Sequence record: SRR31156797_336
Direction: 5' to 3' (one strand)
DNA length: 64,000 nucleotides
This document shows positions 1 to 9,600 of this stretch, piece after piece. How positions within the stretch are numbered: the stretch's first letter is position 1; every line of letters begins with the position of its first letter. A program made the translations under genes and the position numbers. The notes under the pieces are model-generated. The model had not been told where the DNA came from and ran no database searches. It worked only from the letters and a program-made list of their open reading frames with translations.

Positions 1-25
1 GGGGGTTCGAGTCCCTTCATCCGCA
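1..25 (+). tRNA. 3' part of a tRNA, probably tRNA-Leu (truncated by window start)
   Basis: T-arm GGGGG-TTCGAGT-CCCTT, acceptor strand CATCCGC and discriminator A, implying a GCGGATG 5' end typical of tRNA-Leu; anticodon not visible; CCA not encoded. Confidence 0.8.
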
Positions 26-26
26 C

Positions 27-57
27 AAAAAGGATCAACATTTGTTGATCCTTTTTT
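27..57 (+). terminator. Intrinsic terminator after tRNA
   Basis: AAAAAGGATCAACA-TT-TGTTGATCCTTTTTT inverted repeat with U tract. Confidence 0.85.
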
Positions 58-157
58 ATTTGCTAATCTGTCCAAGCAAATAGGTTGTCCGTACAATATA
101 TTTTGAATTTAGTGCAAGTCTTCTCAACTTAGTTTATCTAAAATTTAAAATTGAATC

Positions 158-1051
158 ATGCGAAAACTACTATTTCTTCTTACGTTTTGTATCTCCTTAA
201 ACGGATTTTCTCAATTACCACAAGTATCAAGTGGATCTATCATCAGATTGGAACAGTTTGAATCAAAGTATGTTGAAAATAGGAATGTGGATGTTTGGTT
301 ACCCGAATCTTATTCGAAAGATAAAAAATATGCTGTTTTGTACATGCATGATGGACAAATGCTATTTGATGCCAATACCACATGGAACAAGCAGGAGTGG
401 ATGGTAGATGAAGTGATTTCACGCTTAATTAAGGATGGTATAATAAAGGAATGCATAGTAGTAGCACCCTGGAATGCGGGTCAATATCGTCACAGCGATT
501 ATTTTCCTGAAAAGGCAGCGAATTTCCTTCCTGATGAACTCAAAACTCAACTTAAAAAGGGTTTGATGGGGGATTTTAGGGCAGATGAGTATTTACTGTT
601 TTTAACCAAAGAACTCAAACCTTTTATTGATCGTAACTATTCAACATTATCAGATCAGACCAACACATATATTGCAGGTTCTAGCATGGGTGGTTTGATT
701 TCCATATATGCCATTTGTGAATATCCAAATGTATTTTCAGGAGCAGCTTGTATATCCACCCATTGGCCAGGAGATACCAAAATTGTCAGTGACCTGATAC
801 CTGAAGCATTTTACTTCTATCTAAACGAAAATCTACCAATATCAAAAGATCATCGAATCTATTTCGATTATGGAACCGAAACGCTCGATAGTTTGTATAA
901 ACCTCTTCAATTAAAGGTCGATGCAATAATGAAAAAGAATGGATTTGACAAATCGAATTGGATAACCATAGAATTCGAAGGTGAAAATCATTCTGAAGTT
1001 TCCTGGAGTAAGAGATTACACATTCCAATCACATTCTTACTGAATAAATAG
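158..1051 (+). CDS. Secreted alpha/beta-hydrolase (putative esterase family)
   Basis: Signal peptide; VLYMHDGQ and GSSMGG nucleophile motifs; C-terminal HSE. Confidence 0.85.
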   Translation: MRKLLFLLTFCISLNGFSQLPQVSSGSIIRLEQFESKYVENRNVDVWLPESYSKDKKYAVLYMHDGQMLFDANTTWNKQEWMVDEVISRLIKDGIIKECIVVAPWNAGQYRHSDYFPEKAANFLPDELKTQLKKGLMGDFRADEYLLFLTKELKPFIDRNYSTLSDQTNTYIAGSSMGGLISIYAICEYPNVFSGAACISTHWPGDTKIVSDLIPEAFYFYLNENLPISKDHRIYFDYGTETLDSLYKPLQLKVDAIMKKNGFDKSNWITIEFEGENHSEVSWSKRLHIPITFLLNK

Positions 1052-1160
1052 ATTAGCTTGTAGTAACAGGAAGTAAGATTTAATTAGAGGCATTATCAAT
1101 GCTTGTGGCTTCAGCAGAATTCTTTGTATCTTAAATGATAAGAATTTAAAAGTTATTCAA

Positions 1161-2111
1161 ATGAATGATACTCAAACTCTGGATGAAATTTTAAATATTG
1201 AGCACCCAATTTTGGTAGCTCCAATGTTTTTGATATCTAATACAGAGATGGTGATTGCTGCATTAAATTCTGGCTGTACAGCTGCATTTCCTGCACTAAA
1301 TTATAGAACGGATAAAGAGTTGCGAAATGCGATTAATGACATTAAAAATGCCTCTGATAAACCTTTTGGAGTGAATCTAATAGTAAATAGAAGCAATCCC
1401 AAGTACAAATCACAATTGAAGACTTTACTACAGCTGAATGTTGATTATATAATTACTTCTCTGGGAAGTCCCAAAGAAGTGATCGATTTATGCCAACCAC
1501 TCGGAATTAAAGTGTTTTGTGATGTAACAGACTTAAGATATGCAAAAAAGGTCGAAGAATTGGGAGCGGATGCTTTAATTGCAGTTAATTCAGGCGCAGG
1601 TGGACATTGCGGGCAGTTAAGTGCTAGTGAATTAATTAAGCAATTAAAGGAAAATACAAAATTGCCGATAATTTCAGCTGGCGGAATCAGCAACTCAAAA
1701 GAAATTAGAGAAGTTATGGACTGGGGAGCTGCTGGAGTCTCGGTAGGAACCATTTTTATAGCATGTAAAGAATCGAGGATTGCAAAGGAATACAAAGCTG
1801 CCATGATTCAATATGGTAGCAAGGACATTGTTAAAACCAGCAAATTAACAGGAAGTCCATTGACAGTAATAAATACGCCATACGTTCAAAAAATTGGTAC
1901 AAAGATGACCCTTTTAGAATGGCTGGTGAATAATAGTAGATTATTTAAAAGATATGCTAAAATGATATTAGCCTGGAAAGGGATGAATAAAGTAAAAAAA
2001 GCTGCTTTTAAGGCTGGATATCAGAATGTATGGTGTGCAGGACCAAGCATTGAATCCGTTCATCAAATTCGATATACCTCTGAAATAATAAATGATTTGA
2101 TTCGCCAGTAA
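1161..2111 (+). CDS. Nitronate monooxygenase / FabK-like flavin oxidoreductase
   Basis: APMF, PFGVNLI, AGGH, ISAGGI and VSVGT motifs of the NMO family. Confidence 0.85.
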   Translation: MNDTQTLDEILNIEHPILVAPMFLISNTEMVIAALNSGCTAAFPALNYRTDKELRNAINDIKNASDKPFGVNLIVNRSNPKYKSQLKTLLQLNVDYIITSLGSPKEVIDLCQPLGIKVFCDVTDLRYAKKVEELGADALIAVNSGAGGHCGQLSASELIKQLKENTKLPIISAGGISNSKEIREVMDWGAAGVSVGTIFIACKESRIAKEYKAAMIQYGSKDIVKTSKLTGSPLTVINTPYVQKIGTKMTLLEWLVNNSRLFKRYAKMILAWKGMNKVKKAAFKAGYQNVWCAGPSIESVHQIRYTSEIINDLIRQ

Positions 2112-2615
2112 TTACCGGATAGCAATTTCAAAGCCTTCGCTATTCATCCAATTTTGTTCCAATGCAGTATCTGCAATTTTTTGTAGTCGTGAGTCAAACT
2201 CGTTTCTGATACCATTTTCATGGATATAAGTTATAGCCTCATTAAAAGATTTAAGCATGCTCTTGTAAAAAGCTTCCTGCTTTACATATTTTTCTAAAGA
2301 GTAGGTTTGGGCAATTTCAATATGATAAAGCATTACTTCGGCAATTAAGGAAGCTTCCACACCCAATCTTTTAAAGTGACGAATGTAATTTTGAGCCACA
2401 GATCTACGCATTTTTGCCTTTCTGCGATTAACCGGAAAGTACTCTTTCGAAATTTTAAATTTACATTCCTCCATCAACTTATTCTCATTTGGATTAAATG
2501 CAAAATCATAAAACTCCTTTACATCTTTAAAACGTGCATACAAATCGACAATTTGTTCTTGAAGTTGTCTTTTATTTAATTCCTGTAGGTATAATTTAAG
2601 ATCTCTTTTGCTCAT
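2112..2615 (-). CDS. Conserved Bacteroidota hypothetical protein (DUF6155-like)
   Basis: 167-aa ORF; N-terminus MSKRDLK..L..L.K.QL..QI.DLY resembles this family; assignment from memory. Confidence 0.6.
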   Translation of the reverse strand: MSKRDLKLYLQELNKRQLQEQIVDLYARFKDVKEFYDFAFNPNENKLMEECKFKISKEYFPVNRRKAKMRRSVAQNYIRHFKRLGVEASLIAEVMLYHIEIAQTYSLEKYVKQEAFYKSMLKSFNEAITYIHENGIRNEFDSRLQKIADTALEQNWMNSEGFEIAIR

Positions 2616-3312
2616 AAGTAGTGAATTATTTTACAAAGTTAAAACACAAAATTGATTTAACCTTGATATAGATTATAAGTTATGCAATAATATGGACTAA
2701 CCAGTTGTATGAGTTGAGTTTTATCTTTAATTCAAAAAAGCATGGGGTATTCTATGCAATTCGTTTGAAATCAACTATTTGTTTAATTTTAATTAACGGG
2801 AATAGCACTTTTATAACTGCCTATGTAATCAATATGAATGTTTGTCATTAATTTTAGTCGTTATGTGTAAATTACATAAGAATTGAGCAAATAGTTCATT
2901 AGCTTTAATTGTGTAAAAAAATATGACTCACAAATAAGTTATGTTTTTAATTATACGGAAACCCAAATACTCTCTTATTAGCGGATAAACTTCCGTTTAT
3001 GCCTGGATATTAATAATTAATACATTCCCAATATCGTGAAACTAAATATTGGTTCAAAAAGAAATCAGAAAAAGATATTTACTAACATTAGTTTGTATGA
3101 TATGCTTTTTGATTTGAATTTTGTAGTTAGCCAAATTTTGGTTCTAAGTTTCTGTCAAATTCTTCTAGATAGAAGCGTAAAATTCGATATGAAAATTCAA
3201 TTAGAATAAAAACTTTATGTAATTAAGATAAAGAATTAGGTGAAACCGAACAACCACAATTATCCAATAATATTCTTTATCAAAATATTCACTTTTACCT
3301 AAAATTTCAATT

Positions 3313-4950
3313 ATGAAAAAAATCATGTTTATGTTTTTAGCTGTGGTATTAACCGCAGGTATAACTTTAGCTCAGCAAAATAATTCGAATGTGGAGCAAA
3401 GTGGAACTCAAAACGATGCTGCAGTTGAGCAAGTTGGCTTATGGAATATGAGTGATGTAGAACAGATTGGAGATGACAATACTGCTGAAGTTACTCAAAA
3501 TGGTATTCTCAATTACTCAGAAATCTTCCAATTAGGAGTTGGAAATATTGCAGTTGTAAATCAGGATATCTCTAATACATCCTATGTTACACAATTTTTT
3601 ACTTTTAATAATATTGCAATGGTTGATCAGTTGGGATTGAACTACTCAGAAATCAATCAGGTCTTTGGAGAAGACAATATTGCTATGGTTACTCAGGAAG
3701 GAATGAACTACTCTTTAATCAATCAATTTTTTAGTATTTGGGTTGAGGCTTATGTGGAGCAGTACGGTTATTTCAATGAGTCATATGTAAACCAAATGAG
3801 TGTTTGGGATATTGCAAATGTTCTACAAGTTGGAAATTGGAATCAGGCTTACGTTGAGCAAACCAATAATTTTTGGTCAGAGGCTTTAATCAACCAGTTT
3901 GGTGATGACAACTGGGCAAAAGTTGATCAAATGGGTGGTATGGTTGATTTTGGTGGTATTCTTCAGTTTGGCGAATACAATGCAGCAAGAGTCAAGCAGT
4001 ATTACGGTTACGCGAACTGGGCCGGAGTTATTCAGGATGGATACTGGAATTTGGCTGACGTTTATCAAGGTGGTGGATCATTCAATAGCTCTTTTGTTGA
4101 GCAAACAGGATATGACAACTGGGCTTTCACAACTCAAATGTATGGTGAAGGTAATGATATCGAAATTGAGCAGTATTATGATGTAAATACCGCATATGCA
4201 ACACAGTTTGGTGGAGAAGCAAATACAGCTTACATTGGACAATTAGGTCTTTGGAATTGGGCAAAAACTTACCAGGAAGATGGTAATGACAATTATGCAG
4301 GCATTGCACAAACAGGAGTTGCAAATGAAGCACTTATCAGACAATTTAGAGGTGATAATAACTGGGCTGGTTTAGTTCAGGTTGGTGATTATAATATCGC
4401 TGAAGCACTTCAGATTGATGGAATGTATAATGTAGCTTATTCAGAGCAAGACGGTAATAACAATGCTGTTGGTATGGTTCAGGTAGATGGCGCTAACAAT
4501 TGGACAACAGTTTACCAAACTGGAGATGACAATTGGTCGTATTCAGAGCAAATTGATGGAAGAGAAAATGAAATTTTTGTAAATCAAAATGGTGTTGGAA
4601 ATATGGCTGAAACGTACCAGTTTGGTGGTGGCGGAACTTTAGCTTTAGTTGACCAATATGGTGAAGGTAATTACTCAGGTATTCAGCAAGAAAATGTTGT
4701 TGCATCAGTAGCCGACGTTGTACAAGATGGTAATTTTAATGAATCTGTTGTTATGCAGTTTGATGGTGAATACAATACAGCTACAGTAACTCAGTATGGA
4801 GATTACAATTATTCAGGAATACTTCAGGATGGTTCAAACAATACAGCAACAGTTTATCAGGAAGGATTAATGGAAAGTAGTTTGGTTCTTCAGTATGGTA
4901 ATGGCAATACTGCAACAGTAACTCAATCTGATGTACCAATTATTCCATAA
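3313..4950 (+). CDS. Secreted curlin-repeat protein (CsgA/CsgB-like amyloid subunit)
   Basis: Sec signal peptide followed by ~520 aa of tandem N-x-A/S-x-V/I-x-Q-x-G half-repeats of 11-12 aa. Confidence 0.85.
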   Translation: MKKIMFMFLAVVLTAGITLAQQNNSNVEQSGTQNDAAVEQVGLWNMSDVEQIGDDNTAEVTQNGILNYSEIFQLGVGNIAVVNQDISNTSYVTQFFTFNNIAMVDQLGLNYSEINQVFGEDNIAMVTQEGMNYSLINQFFSIWVEAYVEQYGYFNESYVNQMSVWDIANVLQVGNWNQAYVEQTNNFWSEALINQFGDDNWAKVDQMGGMVDFGGILQFGEYNAARVKQYYGYANWAGVIQDGYWNLADVYQGGGSFNSSFVEQTGYDNWAFTTQMYGEGNDIEIEQYYDVNTAYATQFGGEANTAYIGQLGLWNWAKTYQEDGNDNYAGIAQTGVANEALIRQFRGDNNWAGLVQVGDYNIAEALQIDGMYNVAYSEQDGNNNAVGMVQVDGANNWTTVYQTGDDNWSYSEQIDGRENEIFVNQNGVGNMAETYQFGGGGTLALVDQYGEGNYSGIQQENVVASVADVVQDGNFNESVVMQFDGEYNTATVTQYGDYNYSGILQDGSNNTATVYQEGLMESSLVLQYGNGNTATVTQSDVPIIP

Positions 4951-5063
4951 TATAACTAATAAAGAAAAATAGAATGTTACATTCTTATTTTCTGCAAATT
5001 TTCAAGGATTTCGATATTTGTGTGGTTGTAAATTTCGAAATTGAATTTTAGTTTTAAATAGTG

Positions 5064-5097
5064 ATAAGGAACGCTTAAAAGCGTTCCTTATTTTTTT
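5064..5097 (+). terminator. Intrinsic terminator after the curlin gene
   Basis: ATAAGGAACGCTT-AA-AAGCGTTCCTTAT followed by a T run. Confidence 0.85.
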
Positions 5098-5180
5098 GAA
5101 CCGATAAAGTACAATGTCGAGTTAATTATCGATTCTTACACTTAACTGCCTATGTTTAGTGTTAACTTACTGCTAGGGAA

Positions 5181-6602
5181 TTATTTTTCAAGAAATTGAT
5201 GGATGGAAAGAGCTGTTTTTCTTCCGCTATCTATCGCTCTAACAACTAAACTTGCTCCCGATGTTGCATCACCTGAACAGAATATTTTGGCGTTAGAAGT
5301 TTGTCCATTACTATTTGTTTTGATATTTCCTTTAGGATCTAAATCTAATCCCAATTCTTTTACCAAACCTTCATGAACTGGATGAACAAATCCCATTGCA
5401 AGTAGTACCAAATCAGCTTCAATGATTTCTTCAGAACCTGGTATTTCTGTCATTATAAATTGTCCATTTTTATCTCTTGACCATTCAATTTGACAAACTG
5501 CCAAACCTTTTAATTCTCCGTTTTCTCCTTTAAACTCTTTAGAGCTGATAGCCCATCTTCTTTTACATCCTTCTAAATGAGAACTTGAAGTTCTTAATGT
5601 ATCAGGCCAATATGGCCAAGGATTGTTTTCTTTTCTCTCTTCAGGAGGTTTTGGTAAAAGTTCAATTTGTAGAACAGATTTGGCTTTCTGACGAACAGAT
5701 GTTCCAACGCAGTCGGAACCAGTATCGCCTCCGCCAATAACAACGACATTTTTTCCTTTTGCTGAGATTCTTTCCTCTTTAGAAAATTCATCGCCACGAA
5801 CTACTTTATTTTGTTGCTTTAGGAAATCCATAGCATAGTGTACACCTTCCAATTCACGTCCTTTAATTAGTAAATCACGTGGTTTCATGGCACCTATGGC
5901 TAAACAAATTGCGTCGTACTCTTTTTCTAAATCAGCAAATGAAACTTCAACTCCAACGTCTTGATTGGTTTTGAACTCAATACCTTCTTCAACGAATAAT
6001 TCTAATCGGCGATCAATAACATGCTTGTCTAGTTTAAAATCTGGAATACCATATCGAAGTAATCCTCCAATTGCATCATCTTTTTCGTAAACTGTTACCG
6101 AGTGACCCGCTTTATTTAAAAGATCAGCAACCGATAATCCAGCAGGACCAGAACCGATTACAGCAACTTTTTTGCCAGTTCTCTTTTTAGGAGTCTGCGC
6201 TTTAATATAGCCATATTCGAATGCCTTTTCAATAATAGAAGCTTCGTTTTCCCGAATAGTTACCGGGGCGTTATGCAATGCCAGTACACAAGATTTCTCA
6301 CATGGTGCTGGACATACTCTACCAGTAAACTCAGGAAAACTGTTTGTTGAATGCAATATTGAGCTAGCTTCCTCCCAATTTTCGCGATATACAGCATCCT
6401 GCCATTCTGGAATTTTACTCGAAGTAGGGCAAGCCCAATGGCAAAATGGTATTCCACAATCCATACATCTTGATGCCTGATCAATTCTATCTTCAAGGTT
6501 AAGTGTTTGTTCAACCTCGCCAAAATCTCCAATTCTATCTCGTACCGGGCGATAGCCGGCTTCTTTTCTTTTTATTTCTAAAAAACCTTTCGGATTTCCC
6601 AT
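5181..6602 (-). CDS. gltD: Glutamate synthase small subunit
   Basis: RCMDCGIPFC and GRVCPAPCE Fe-S motifs; GSGPAG; GGGDTGSDC; downstream of gltB. Confidence 0.97.
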   Translation of the reverse strand: MGNPKGFLEIKRKEAGYRPVRDRIGDFGEVEQTLNLEDRIDQASRCMDCGIPFCHWACPTSSKIPEWQDAVYRENWEEASSILHSTNSFPEFTGRVCPAPCEKSCVLALHNAPVTIRENEASIIEKAFEYGYIKAQTPKKRTGKKVAVIGSGPAGLSVADLLNKAGHSVTVYEKDDAIGGLLRYGIPDFKLDKHVIDRRLELFVEEGIEFKTNQDVGVEVSFADLEKEYDAICLAIGAMKPRDLLIKGRELEGVHYAMDFLKQQNKVVRGDEFSKEERISAKGKNVVVIGGGDTGSDCVGTSVRQKAKSVLQIELLPKPPEERKENNPWPYWPDTLRTSSSHLEGCKRRWAISSKEFKGENGELKGLAVCQIEWSRDKNGQFIMTEIPGSEEIIEADLVLLAMGFVHPVHEGLVKELGLDLDPKGNIKTNSNGQTSNAKIFCSGDATSGASLVVRAIDSGRKTALSIHQFLEK

Positions 6603-6687
6603 AATTGTTCAATTTACAGTTGTCAGTCAACAATTATCAATTAGCAAAATATCATTGCTAACCGATAATTGGGAACTGTTTATTGAT

Positions 6688-9600
6688 TTATTCGTGTACC
6701 TGTGTTTGAGCCTGCGCCTTCTTCAATTTGCGATGAATTTTTCTCAGCTTCTTCTCTTCCAATACCTTCTTGTATTCATAAGGAATAACCTTCACAAAAT
6801 GTGGCAGATATTCTTCCCAATGGGTTAGTATTTTTGAGGCTACACTACTTTGAGTTAACATCAGATGTTGATGAATCATTTCTTGCAATTCATGGATATC
6901 TTGAAGATTCTCTACCGGTTCAAGTGCTACAAGACTCTGGTTGCAGAAATAATCCAGTCGTCCTTCCATATTAAGAACATAGGCGATACCACCACTCATA
7001 CCAGCGGCAAAGTTTCTTCCTGTAGGTCCAAGAATCACTACACGTCCACCGGTCATGTATTCACATCCGTGATCACCAACTCCTTCCACAATAGCTTTAG
7101 CACCCGAGTTTCTTACGCAGAATCTTTCTCCTGCCATTCCTCTGAAGTATACCTCTCCACTAGTTGCACCATATAGGGCAGTATTACCAATTATGATTTG
7201 ATGCTCAGGCTTGAATTTGCTCTTAACAGGAGGATTTACAATGATTTTTCCTCCGGACAAACCTTTACCGATATAATCGTTAGAGTCACCCTCTAACTTG
7301 AAAGTAATTCCTTTTTCAAGGAAGGCGCCAAAACTTTGTCCTGCAGATCCTCGGAATCTACAGTGAATGGTATCTTCATCAAGTACTCGTTTAGGCTTTA
7401 ACGCAGCTACTTTTCCTGATAACATAGCACCAGTGGTACGATCTGTATTGGTGATTTTTTTATCAATCCAAACTTTCTCGCCATCATGAAGTGCTTTTTC
7501 TGCCTGTTTTATCAAATCATGATCCAATACTTCTCCAATTGATTTGATTGTAGCATTAACTCCATTTAATTCATGACCTTCTGTTTCAGGTAAATGGAAC
7601 AAATTCTGAACATCAATGGTATCAGCTTTCCATTTCTTGATATCCCTTCTTTTTACCAATAGATCAGATCGCCCAACCAAATCGTCAAACTTACGAATAC
7701 CGAGTTCTGCCATTATTTCACGACAATCTTCCGCAAGGAAAGTAAAGAAGTTGACCAACCATTCCGAGCGCCCCAAGAATTTCTCTCTTAATTCTTTATT
7801 TTGAGTAGCAATCCCAACAGGACAGGTGTTTAAGTGACATTTACGCATCATCACACAACCCAATACAACTAATGCACTTGTCGCAAATCCGAACTCTTCA
7901 GCACCAAGCAATGCCATCGAAACAATATCTCGACCAGTTTTTAACTGTCCATCGGTTTGAAGTTTAACTCTACCTCTTAAGTCGTTTAAGACAAGAGTCT
8001 GTTGTGCTTCAGCTAATCCAAGTTCCACAGGTAAACCTGTATTCTTAATAGAACTTAAAGGACTTGCTCCAGTTCCACCTTCAGCACCACTAATTACGAT
8101 TAAATCAGCATTAGCTTTAGCTACACCTGCAGCTACAGTTCCAACACCATTTTCCGATACCAATTTTACACTCACACACGCCGTTGGATTTACATTTTTC
8201 AAATCGTAAATCAGCTGAGCCAAATCCTCAATAGAGTAAATATCATGATGTGGAGGAGGAGAGATCAGTGTAATTCCAGGAGTTGAGTTTCTCAACTTGG
8301 CAATGATCTTATCTACTTTAAAGCCTGGCAGCTGACCACCCTCACCAGGTTTAGCACCTTGAGCAACTTTAATTTGTAACTCATCTGCATTTACCAAATA
8401 TTCAGTATTTACACCAAAACGACCTGAGGCAATTTGTTTGATAGAACTTCTCGCACTCGAATAAAAACGCTTAGAATTTTCACCACCTTCGCCAGTATTA
8501 CTTCTGCCACCAATTTTATTCATGGCAATAGCCAATGCCTCGTGAGCTTCTTTCGAAATAGATCCATATGACATTGCACCAGTACAGAAACGTTTCATGA
8601 TATTTTCAACAGATTCCACCTCACTAATATCGATCGGATTTTTCTTGAAATCAAAATAACCTCTTAAGAAATTGGGCTCTCTGGTTTCTTTATCTACAAT
8701 TGCCGAATACTCTTTAAATTTCGCGTAATTATTTGTTCTTGTAGACCATTGCAACAAGCCAATAGATTGAGGATTCCAACTGTGTGGTTCACCATTTTTA
8801 CGATAGTGAATACTTCCATTGCTATTTAGTAAATCTTGATTCTCGAAAGGATCTTTTTCTGAAAATGCTTTTGTGTGATGACACAATATTTCCTCAGAAA
8901 TCTCCTTTAAACCAACTCCGTCAATACGAGAACTAGTACCAGTAAAGTATTTGTCAACAACTCCTTTGCTTACACCTAATGCCTCGTATATTTGAGCTCC
9001 CAAATAACTTCCAATGGTTGAAATACCCATTTTAGACATTACTTTAAGCAATCCCTTATCAACCGCTTTAATGTAATTTTTACGAGCAGTTTTGTACTCT
9101 AAACTCAATCTGCCATCCTTTACAAGTCTATCAATTATAGCATAACTCATATAAGGATTAATAACACTGGCACCGTAGGCAATTAGCAAGGCAAAATGGT
9201 TTACTTCACGAGCTTCAGCAGTTTCAACCACCAAACCAATTTGCATTCTTTTTCTTTTCTTTATCAGATGATGATGAACAGCAGCTGTTGCTAGCAGAAC
9301 AGGAATTGGAGCCATTGATTTGCTCACATTTCTATCTGTTAATATGATATAGTTTTTATTGTCATCAACAGCTTTTTCTGCCAATTGGCATAAAGAGTCC
9401 AGAGCATCTTCCAAGCCTTTTCCATTTTCCGAAGCCTTAAAAAGAATGTCGAGACTAGTATGTCGAAACTCTTCGTGTCTAAGTTTTTTGATTTTTCCAA
9501 GATCAGTATTGGTAATCAATGGACTTTTGAAACGAATTAACTTACAATGTTGAGGAGTCTCATCCAATAAATTCTTTTGAACTGCTCCAATGTAATTCGT

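Noticed and set aside
1-160. tRNA 3' end as an integration site
   Set aside because: No integrase follows and no duplicated tRNA 3' end was noticed in the window
6603-6687. Hairpin between gltB and gltD, and a similar one at 18702-18739 between argE and argH
   Set aside because: No U tract and no shared sequence; most likely ordinary intra-operon stability hairpins
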